Of a stretch of DNA of 24,000 nucleotides, positions 8,766 through 15,733 are shown piece by piece. This stretch comes from Aliidiomarina minuta (GTDB lineage Bacteria; Pseudomonadota; Gammaproteobacteria; Enterobacterales; Alteromonadaceae). The translations under genes and the position numbers were made by a program. A model generated the notes under the pieces. It ran no database searches. It was not told where the DNA came from and saw nothing but the letters and a program-made list of their open reading frames with translations. The DNA lies in contig NZ_PIPL01000004.1 in the NCBI RefSeq assembly GCF_003987145.1, positions 120,503 through 144,502 of the forward strand. Reading direction: 5' to 3'. Every line of letters starts with the position of its first letter. Position 1 is the first letter of the stretch.

Positions 8766-9653
8766 TTAAGTTAACTTTTGACGTAGTTGAGGGTTTATCT
8801 TGGCTACCGGCACGATAATGCTAAGTTCGTAAGCGTCGGCAAAGTCATCGTCCAACGCGGCATCGCCGAACCAGATATGTGACCCCAGCGATAAATACGA
8901 TTGTAAAATCCTGGGTATCTGGTTGCCGGTAGCGGCTAATTGCTGCTGCAAGTATTGAATACGGGGCCTGTCGTTAAGAGATGTGGCCGCTGTAAAATCA
9001 AGTCTTGCCTGGGTTTGATAGTTGAGACCGGGTTTGGCTGTCATCAACGGCTCAGGTGGTGCATACAGCTGCTGACAGAAGGTGATGATAATATCCAGGG
9101 CTTCTGGCCCGAGGCTTTTATATAAAGAAACATTACCGAAAAAGTAGTTGACCTCTTTTCGTTGTGCAAGCAAAGCATTTAACCCAGCCCAGAGTGCAAA
9201 AAATCCAAACCGGGCGGCACCTGCCTCATGGTTGACTACTGAGCGACCCAGCTCAATCGACTGTTTCAAAACACGACTACTAAAAAAGTCACTGTAGTCG
9301 AACAGCTGCGCCGTGCGTAACACCTCAATATTTGCCATCGCATCTCTGCCGGGCTTAAAACGATAGAGCGCAACTATCTGCAAACGATTAGGATCCCAGA
9401 CCACGAGCTGAAGATAACTGGCGGGACCAAAATCACGGGCATCGGTATCCCGGGTTAAATTTCGCCCCGCTCCGGCCTGGCGAAAAGTAGCCTCACGAAT
9501 GCGGCCCACTTCATTCATGGTTATGGGTGCCTCGTCGGCCTGCAGCACGTAGACCCGCAGGCCACGAAACTCAGTCAGCGCGCTGAACGAATCCAGTTCA
9601 CGCTGAAGGTCTTGGCTTTGCTCGGCGTGAGCAAGGGGGACGTCGAAAGTCAT
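8766..9653 (-). CDS. GNAT-fold N-acyltransferase of the OlsB/GlsB/OlsF-C-terminal type (aminolipid N-acyltransferase-like)
   Basis: 295 aa. The block IREATFRQAGAGRNLTRDTDARDFGPASYLQLVVWDPNRLQIVALYRF matches the remembered consensus of the Acetyltransf_5 aminolipid N-acyltransferase family. GAGG Shine-Dalgarno sequence 7 nt before the ATG at 9653. Confidence 0.7.
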   Translation of the reverse strand: MTFDVPLAHAEQSQDLQRELDSFSALTEFRGLRVYVLQADEAPITMNEVGRIREATFRQAGAGRNLTRDTDARDFGPASYLQLVVWDPNRLQIVALYRFKPGRDAMANIEVLRTAQLFDYSDFFSSRVLKQSIELGRSVVNHEAGAARFGFFALWAGLNALLAQRKEVNYFFGNVSLYKSLGPEALDIIITFCQQLYAPPEPLMTAKPGLNYQTQARLDFTAATSLNDRPRIQYLQQQLAATGNQIPRILQSYLSLGSHIWFGDAALDDDFADAYELSIIVPVAKINPQLRQKLT

Positions 9654-11217
9654 GGTTTACCTCGTTAAAATGTCGGGGCAAGGCGTAACTGCGTGCTTTG
9701 CACCATTGCATACGCTGTTGGTCGTTAACGCCACAGGCCTGCAGCTCAATGGGCTGCATCGGCACATCAATAAAAAACTGCGGTCGCCGGATATATGGTT
9801 TAAGGGTTTCGCGGGGCAACAGCAGCATTTCCAGGTTAAGCCTGATTCCCAGCAAATTACGCACTTTATGAATGCAGTAGAACAAAGATGAATTACGTGA
9901 CTGTATAAACATAGGCACTAACGAGCGTCGATAGCGTAGTGACAAGGTGGCTATGCTTTTTGCCCAGGCACCATCATCTAACTCTCCATGCACAGAATAG
10001 CGCGCGGTTTTACCCGCTGGAAAAACCAGTAAGGGAGCTTTACCGGCAAATGCCTGAGTAACGGCGGCTGTGGATGCTTTGCGCGCTTCAAATACAGAAA
10101 CAGGAACAATCAAGTCTTGTAAGTGACTTAAAGTCAGCAAAGCGTCATTGGCGATGACCCTGAGGTTAGGGTAGCGTTTTTGCAGCGCTGCGATTGCTAT
10201 TAAACCGTCCACGCCCCCGGTGGGGTGATTGCATACAAATACGAGGCGGGCATTAGCATCAGGCCATCTCATCGCTTGTAACTCAGGTTCCACGCCGAGC
10301 AATTGCAATGCCTTGTCTGCCACACGATCCGGCGGCACCGAATCCAGTTTTTGCAGTAATTTATTCAGCCTTTTTTCCGCAATCAACCAGCGTAAGGTCG
10401 CCCATTTTATAGGGCCGAAAGACTGAGCAAGCTGGGGCTGGTATGTGTCCAGAAGGGTCTTGCTGCTGACCCGAGAAACCCTGCTTACAGGTTGGCTGGA
10501 TGAGGCCAGTTTAACCATCAGATCTTCACCGGTTTCCCTGCTTAAGGCTTCAGGGTAGCCGGGCCAGTAGCACATGCTGCCAAAATGCTGGCCTATGGTT
10601 ATATGGGTCACACTGATCGTCTGAGTGGTTGCACGCCGCATGGCGATTCCAAACGCTGAGCCTAAAATGCCTCGGGAAGCGTGTAATTTTTTGAGAGCCT
10701 CAAGACCAGCATGAGCTGGTAATTTTAACCGTGCCCAGGTGCGTCGAAGCCAGGGCGTCCAGCGCGGAGCCAGGCTTGAACTTGAAACAGGAGAGCGGGG
10801 CGCCAGAATATGACGCAGTTGCTTCCCGTCCCAGTTGAACTGTACAGGCTCATGAAAACGGTCAAAAATAAGCAGGATAAAAGGGCGATATGTTGTCAGT
10901 GCCCTGGGTTCAAGACGAAGATTAATGGCGTCCCAGTTCGCACAGTGGGCAAGGTTTTTGATTAGCAGTCCCCGGCTTGTGCTAGCCGTCTGAGTCTGGG
11001 CCTGATGCTGGTAATTATTCAGCAGGCAAAATACAAATCCTTTATCATTAAAAGCGGTCCAGCTACCACCTCCCTGGGGATCAATCGGCATAGCGGCGCT
11101 TATACCCTGAGCTTTAAAAAGTTCTGGTCCGCTCGCCGATGCACGGCTGTTCTGCTCGTCGCGGTTGATCAGGACGTGCAGTTTATGAGCTTCAAAACAC
11201 CAGCTTATGGTGCACAT
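9598..11217 (-). CDS. Fusion protein: N-terminal NRDE/TANGO2-like domain plus C-terminal PlsC-like lysolipid O-acyltransferase domain
   Basis: 539 aa. The N-terminus MCTISW...VLINRDEQNSR...DPQGGGSW carries the eponymous NRDE motif and Cys2. The C-terminal half has VFVCNHPTGGVDG (acyltransferase block I variant) and LLVFPAGKTAR (block III-like). Confidence 0.75.
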   Translation of the reverse strand: MCTISWCFEAHKLHVLINRDEQNSRASASGPELFKAQGISAAMPIDPQGGGSWTAFNDKGFVFCLLNNYQHQAQTQTASTSRGLLIKNLAHCANWDAINLRLEPRALTTYRPFILLIFDRFHEPVQFNWDGKQLRHILAPRSPVSSSSLAPRWTPWLRRTWARLKLPAHAGLEALKKLHASRGILGSAFGIAMRRATTQTISVTHITIGQHFGSMCYWPGYPEALSRETGEDLMVKLASSSQPVSRVSRVSSKTLLDTYQPQLAQSFGPIKWATLRWLIAEKRLNKLLQKLDSVPPDRVADKALQLLGVEPELQAMRWPDANARLVFVCNHPTGGVDGLIAIAALQKRYPNLRVIANDALLTLSHLQDLIVPVSVFEARKASTAAVTQAFAGKAPLLVFPAGKTARYSVHGELDDGAWAKSIATLSLRYRRSLVPMFIQSRNSSLFYCIHKVRNLLGIRLNLEMLLLPRETLKPYIRRPQFFIDVPMQPIELQACGVNDQQRMQWCKARSYALPRHFNEVNHDFRRPPCSRRAKPRPSA

Positions 11218-11693
11218 TTTTGCTGGTACTCCAAAGTGGATGCATGCACACCGATGGAGGGCTCTGCCTCAACACCAAAGTCAGTCATGATGATGCGAAT
11301 GAGTGCCAGGTGGTGGATGGTATGACTGCATACAAAATCCAGTTCCCGGGCCAGGTTGGTGGCTAACCTTGTTGTTCCTGATTGATAGATCAAAGGGTGA
11401 GCATAGGGAGAATCAATGGCACCTAGTGTCTCTTGAATTTCATCAATCCGTGTTAATGCCGCCTGAGGCTGTGTTTCCAGAATGGGATCTCTTCTGCGTT
11501 CTGAATAATCAAGCAGTCCATTTTTAAGCGCCAATATGAGCTGAGAATAGTGTTCCAAAACATGTCGGCTGTGGCGGCCGATGCTTGCCTCCTGTGGTAG
11601 CTTTGAGGCGGCTGCATATTGACGGTCACCGAGCTCGGCAATCACATCTTTTAGTGCATTTAACTGAGCCAGATTGGTAGTTATTAGTTCCAT
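11205..11693 (-). CDS. DinB superfamily (DinB_2-like) metal-binding protein
   Basis: I chose the ATG at 11693 (MELITTNL), 1 nt after the upstream stop; the track ORF extends to 11744. The histidines in HSRHVLEHY and CSHTIHHL fit the DinB His triad on a four-helix-bundle-sized protein (162 aa). Confidence 0.7.
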   Translation of the reverse strand: MELITTNLAQLNALKDVIAELGDRQYAAASKLPQEASIGRHSRHVLEHYSQLILALKNGLLDYSERRRDPILETQPQAALTRIDEIQETLGAIDSPYAHPLIYQSGTTRLATNLARELDFVCSHTIHHLALIRIIMTDFGVEAEPSIGVHASTLEYQQKCAP

Positions 11694-11694
11694 G

Positions 11695-11946
11695 TTATTC
11701 AGGCTCCTGTGCTGATTGGTCTCCAAAATTCTGAGCAGCGGCACTGAAAGAAGATACGCAGAAAGGTACCAGGAAGTTCAGGTACAGATTGATCCAGTCA
11801 ATGGGGGCCTGTTGAAAAATGCTGTCAGACTGGTTAATCAGGTTCAGTAAACTACCGACTACCAGAGATACCAGGGCAGCTCTTCGCAAAATAGAAAAAG
11901 AAAAAAGTACGCGCAAGAACGGTCGAATCTGGTATCTCATCATCAT
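11695..11946 (-). CDS. Small two-TM membrane protein, NrtS-like
   Basis: 83 aa. The core RRAALVSLVVGSLLNLINQSDSIF...LNFLVPFCVSSFSAA resembles the remembered consensus of the small NrtS nitrate/nitrite-transporter family (LNLINQGD, VP-x-VS). The assignment is from memory only. Confidence 0.45.
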   Translation of the reverse strand: MMMRYQIRPFLRVLFSFSILRRAALVSLVVGSLLNLINQSDSIFQQAPIDWINLYLNFLVPFCVSSFSAAAQNFGDQSAQEPE

Positions 11947-11948
11947 TA

Positions 11949-12338
11949 TTATTTCATTATATTGCGTAGCGCACGGGTTAGTTTTTGCTGTCCTTCAGGG
12001 GTATCGAGATCGGTTTTTGAAAAATACAGGTAATTATTGTCGGCATCAGGCAAGAGTCTTCGAATTTGCGACTTTGCCTGGTCGTGGGTCAGCAGGCTGG
12101 CGAATACAAGGGGTAAATCAGGCGACGCTGCTCGCAGTTTATCAACGACTTCTTTTGCTGATAGTGGCAGTGCGGACTGCAAGGCTAACGAAACGACTGC
12201 GGCCCTGGCTGTTTTACCCAGGCGCTTAAGGTCGTCTTCATTTTCTGCCGCGGCATAGGTGAGCTGCGCGGCGGATAAAAAAGGTTTTACCTGGCTAACA
12301 ATGAAGGGATGCGGACGAGCTAAGAGTATATCTGGCAT
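11949..12338 (-). CDS. Hypothetical protein, first gene of the operon
   Basis: I chose the ATG at 12338 (MPDILLARPHPF), which has an AAGGA Shine-Dalgarno sequence 7 nt upstream; the track ORF starts at 12371. 129 aa with an alternating beta/alpha-looking pattern. No family recognised. Confidence 0.55.
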   Translation of the reverse strand: MPDILLARPHPFIVSQVKPFLSAAQLTYAAAENEDDLKRLGKTARAAVVSLALQSALPLSAKEVVDKLRAASPDLPLVFASLLTHDQAKSQIRRLLPDADNNYLYFSKTDLDTPEGQQKLTRALRNIMK

Positions 12339-12420
12339 TACTTTTTCCTTGTTAATGTATAGACTAGCCATATTCGTTAATAACTATCCGTTATCTTAGA
12401 TACTCGGAGTACTGATAACC

Positions 12421-13341
12421 ATGACCGAAACAACGGTGCAATCAACCAAAACAACGGAAGCTGTTGATAAGCTACTTGGCGAACTGGCATTTGGCTCGAG
12501 TTTGTATTTTGAATCGGGTTTCTGTAATAGCTGGAATATGCTTACTGAAAAGTCCGATAAGGCAGGGCTGCATCTGATCACTCAGGGCCATATCTGGTTT
12601 GCCATGCCGGGTCAGCTGGAAACTCAATTTAAAATGGAGGCGGGCGATGCGTTGTTCTTAAGCCATGGTTTCCGGCACTGGCTAAGCGATGAACGGGTGC
12701 AGGCTGAGCAGGCAGGAAGCGACATGACGCAGGTTTGTATTCCAGAGCACCTGGAGCAGGGGCTGGTTTGTTATGACGTAGATGTCAGGTCATCCTTAAC
12801 TAAAACTTTGTTTGAATTGATGCCGGATTATATTCATTTGCCGGCTAGTAAGCAGAGTGATCAGTTGGCGCAACTTATCGCCATAGTTCAGGATGAGGCG
12901 GCAAGGCAGCAGCCAGGTTACTCGGTAGCAGTCAGTCGGCTAAGTGATGTTATTGTGCTGCATTTAATTCGCCAGGTATTAACAGACGAGAGCATTGCCA
13001 GTGGTCTGCTTAATGCGTTGCGGGACGATGTGCTGAGGAAGGTATTGGTTGCCATGATGGGTGACCTGACTCAGGAATGGACGGTGGATGCCATGGCGGC
13101 AACCGCCTTTTTGTCACGAAGTGCCTTTGCCGAGCGCTGTCACAAAGTGCTAGGGATGTCACCGAAACATGTGATTGATACGCTGCGCCTGCAGCACGCC
13201 CGCCATTTACTGATTCATACCCAGGACACTATTGACAAGATAGCTGAGTCGGTCGGCTACCAGTCCGCAACAGCATTTATTCGCTTTTTTAAACAGCGCG
13301 CAGGATGCGCCCCGGGTGAGTATCGACAACTGCAGGCATAA
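12421..13341 (+). CDS. AraC family transcriptional regulator with an N-terminal cupin-type sensor domain
   Basis: 306 aa. The C-terminal double helix-turn-helix (WTVDAMAATAFLSRSAFAERCHKVLGMSPKHV...IDKIAESVGYQSATAFIRFFKQRAGCAPGEYR) is the AraC signature. The gene is divergent from the six-gene operon. Confidence 0.9.
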   Translation: MTETTVQSTKTTEAVDKLLGELAFGSSLYFESGFCNSWNMLTEKSDKAGLHLITQGHIWFAMPGQLETQFKMEAGDALFLSHGFRHWLSDERVQAEQAGSDMTQVCIPEHLEQGLVCYDVDVRSSLTKTLFELMPDYIHLPASKQSDQLAQLIAIVQDEAARQQPGYSVAVSRLSDVIVLHLIRQVLTDESIASGLLNALRDDVLRKVLVAMMGDLTQEWTVDAMAATAFLSRSAFAERCHKVLGMSPKHVIDTLRLQHARHLLIHTQDTIDKIAESVGYQSATAFIRFFKQRAGCAPGEYRQLQA

Positions 13342-13436
13342 ATGTGAGTTTGGTTGATCCTGCAGGCGTTTTGGTCAATGCTAATTATTGGCCCGCCCCA
13401 TAGACTTCAAAGGTCTTTAATCTTTGGAGTCTTATT

Positions 13437-13865
13437 ATGAAATATATTCTAAGTGCAATCGTTGGATTCTGTGTTGTTGCGGCAAGCGCAATTTGGTTTA
13501 GCACGGCATCTGCTTCTGATACCTACCTGAAAAACTTTAAGCATAGTTTTACCGAGAGCGCCTATGAACAGGCAAAAGAGGACAATAAGTTAGTACTTAT
13601 TGACGTCTATGCCACCTGGTGTCCTACCTGCCGTCGTCAGCAAGATGTGCTGAATGACTACTTTGCAGAGAACCCGGATAGTGAAGTGGTGGTGTTTGAG
13701 GTCGACTACGATGATCAGAAAGAGTGGGTCAGTTACTTTCAGGCACCGCGCCAGTCAACTCTGGCGTTGTATCGTGGTGACGAGCGACTTTGGTTTAGTG
13801 TGGCACAAACCAATAAAAGCGCTATTTTTGAGGCGTTAAACGAGCATGACGCAGGGGGTCAGTAA
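13437..13865 (+). CDS. Exported thioredoxin-fold protein (WCPTC active site)
   Basis: 142 aa. Signal peptide MKYILSAIVGFCVVAASAIWFSTASA. Active-site motif ATWCPTCRRQ. GGAG Shine-Dalgarno sequence upstream. Confidence 0.85.
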   Translation: MKYILSAIVGFCVVAASAIWFSTASASDTYLKNFKHSFTESAYEQAKEDNKLVLIDVYATWCPTCRRQQDVLNDYFAENPDSEVVVFEVDYDDQKEWVSYFQAPRQSTLALYRGDERLWFSVAQTNKSAIFEALNEHDAGGQ

Positions 13866-13867
13866 GC

Positions 13868-14569
13868 ATGGAGCTTACAGCTATTCCGCTGGCGCTCGTC
13901 GCGGGCGTGCTTAGCCTGCTGTCACCCTGTGTACTACCCATGGTGCCGGCAGTCACGGCTTCAGCCATGCGCGCATCACGTTCGGGGATATGGTTCTTAG
14001 GCTTAGGGCTGGCGCTTACTTTTGCTTTGGGCGGCTCGGTTTTAACTTATCTCTTTATGAGCATGGGAACGACCCCTGATGTGCTGCGTCATTTCGCTGC
14101 GGGGCTTATGCTGGTGATGGGCTTTGCCTTAGTGAACAGCCGTTTGAACATGTTGGTTTCTACTGGTTTGTCGCGCATGATTAGCTACTTGCCCAATGGC
14201 GGTAATATTCAGGCGGATTCGTCCCATCCGGCGTTTCAGTTTGTGATTGGCGGGTCGTTGGGTTTAATCTGGTTACCCTGTGTGGGTCCAACCTTAGGGG
14301 CTGCCATTGCGCTGGCATCGACCGGTGAGCATCTGACCATGTCTTTCTTAGTGATGCTTGCTTTTGGTATAGGTACGGCGGCACCTCTGATTGCTATTGG
14401 TTATTTTGCAGGGACTAAAATTCAGGCGTTGAGAAGCTCGGCCAAAGTGGGTCGCCTGGTATTAGGGTATGCTTTGCTGGTCATCGCTTTGATGATATTC
14501 ACAGGCTTTGACAAAGTACTTGAAACCATTGCTATCGAATATCTGCCGGACTGGGTTACCCGCATCTGA
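13868..14569 (+). CDS. CcdA/DsbD-type transmembrane thiol-disulfide electron transporter
   Basis: 233 aa polytopic membrane protein. Has LSPCVLPMVP and a second LPCVGP cysteine motif typical of CcdA. Starts 2 nt after the thioredoxin stop. Confidence 0.85.
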   Translation: MELTAIPLALVAGVLSLLSPCVLPMVPAVTASAMRASRSGIWFLGLGLALTFALGGSVLTYLFMSMGTTPDVLRHFAAGLMLVMGFALVNSRLNMLVSTGLSRMISYLPNGGNIQADSSHPAFQFVIGGSLGLIWLPCVGPTLGAAIALASTGEHLTMSFLVMLAFGIGTAAPLIAIGYFAGTKIQALRSSAKVGRLVLGYALLVIALMIFTGFDKVLETIAIEYLPDWVTRI

Positions 14570-14579
14570 GCAGGTTAAG

Positions 14580-15596
14580 CTATTCCGGGGCCGCGACCTG
14601 CGTGGTTGCTCGGCCCTGGCCTTTGGCCTGGTACATGGCTTTGTCAGCGGCTAGCAACAGGTTGTCATCCAGGTTTGCCGACTTTACCTGAATACCAATG
14701 CTTAACGAGCATTCAGTCGCTATCGGCTGGGAGAGTTTCTTAAACTGTTCACGCAGGCGTTTGGCAGCCTGTTGTGCGTTTGCAACAGTAGCGTTACTAA
14801 GAATCCAGAAAAACTCATCGCCTCCCATACGTGCACAAATGTCGGTATCCCGGCTGCACTGTATCAATGCCTGGCCGAATGCGGTTAATAGATCGTCGCC
14901 GACAGCGTGACCATGTTTGTCATTAAGTTCTTTGAAGTTATCCAGATCAATAGCTATTACAGCAACTGAGCTTGATTCATGTTGCTGCTTTAATTCTGTC
15001 CAGCGGCTTTCAAAACCACGACGGTTCAGCAGTCCGGTGAGACTGTCGGTATTGGCCTTTTGAGACAACTCTTCGGAGTGTAATTTAACTTTGCGTAAAC
15101 GTTTTCGGGTGCGTTCATAGCGTTGCGATAAGCGCGAGATGTTATGCCACTGATCAAGTTGCAGGCTGATAGCTTCTGCCAGTAACTCAAGCTGCTGTGT
15201 AGCCTCAGGAGATAAGCTGTGTTGCCTGGAGCTGGTCGCACACAGGCTGCCAATGACCTGTTCTGAGTTACGCACTGGCAACACCACAAAGGTTTGCATG
15301 CCTAAGGAAGCCCCTGTGCTATGCGGATACTCGTCTTTTACCCGGGTACTGATAATTGAATCGTTGTTAAAGAGTAAGCGACACATAGAGTCCGACCAGT
15401 CGAGTTCAGTACCGGAGTCGATCTGGATGTCTTCGCTGCCTTCAACCCAGATAACCTGCTGACGTTGTTGCACGGCATCTATGTAAGTGACAAAAATAGT
15501 CTCCAGGCCGGTTATCAGGCTGGCTAATTTTAGTAAGGGTTGTATCGACTTTTCTAACTGTAAGAAAGAGCCGGAAAACTTATCAGTTCGGCGCAT
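14580..15596 (-). CDS. GAF-GGDEF diguanylate cyclase
   Basis: 338 aa. N-terminal GAF-like region, a coiled linker, then SLTGLLNRRGF...AIDLDNFKELNDKHGH...RDTDICARMGGDEFF. The GGDEF motif is intact and an RxxD I-site (RDTD) sits 5 residues upstream. Confidence 0.9.
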   Translation of the reverse strand: MRRTDKFSGSFLQLEKSIQPLLKLASLITGLETIFVTYIDAVQQRQQVIWVEGSEDIQIDSGTELDWSDSMCRLLFNNDSIISTRVKDEYPHSTGASLGMQTFVVLPVRNSEQVIGSLCATSSRQHSLSPEATQQLELLAEAISLQLDQWHNISRLSQRYERTRKRLRKVKLHSEELSQKANTDSLTGLLNRRGFESRWTELKQQHESSSVAVIAIDLDNFKELNDKHGHAVGDDLLTAFGQALIQCSRDTDICARMGGDEFFWILSNATVANAQQAAKRLREQFKKLSQPIATECSLSIGIQVKSANLDDNLLLAADKAMYQAKGQGRATTQVAAPE

Positions 15597-15733
15597 GAGT
15601 CTATATGTACCCTAATGCTACTTCGTGGTTAATCTTCTATCGTTAGCATATCCTTTTGTAAAGATAAATGAATAATTAATTGATTTGCCTGTAAAAGCTT
15701 GAAATATCTTTTAAAGAGACTCATCTTCATAGC

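Noticed and set aside
9598-9653. Possible programmed frameshift producing a three-domain NRDE-PlsC-GNAT polyprotein.
   Set aside because: The N-acyltransferase frame has a TAA stop two codons upstream of its ATG, and that ATG has a good Shine-Dalgarno sequence. I saw no slippery heptamer with a downstream structure. Two separate, coupled genes is the simpler reading.
11819-12229. A 136 aa plus-strand ORF (with 12037..12258) opposite the first two operon genes.
   Set aside because: It is antisense to ORFs that have Shine-Dalgarno-supported starts and stop/start coupling. It has no recognisable motif.
12339-12420. GTTAAT and CGTTAT half-site-like repeats (12351, 12376, 12390), considered as AraC binding sites or a Pho box in the divergent promoter.
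   Set aside because: The hexamers are short and AT-rich with irregular spacing (25 and 14 nt) and could easily arise by chance. There is no match to the Pho box consensus.
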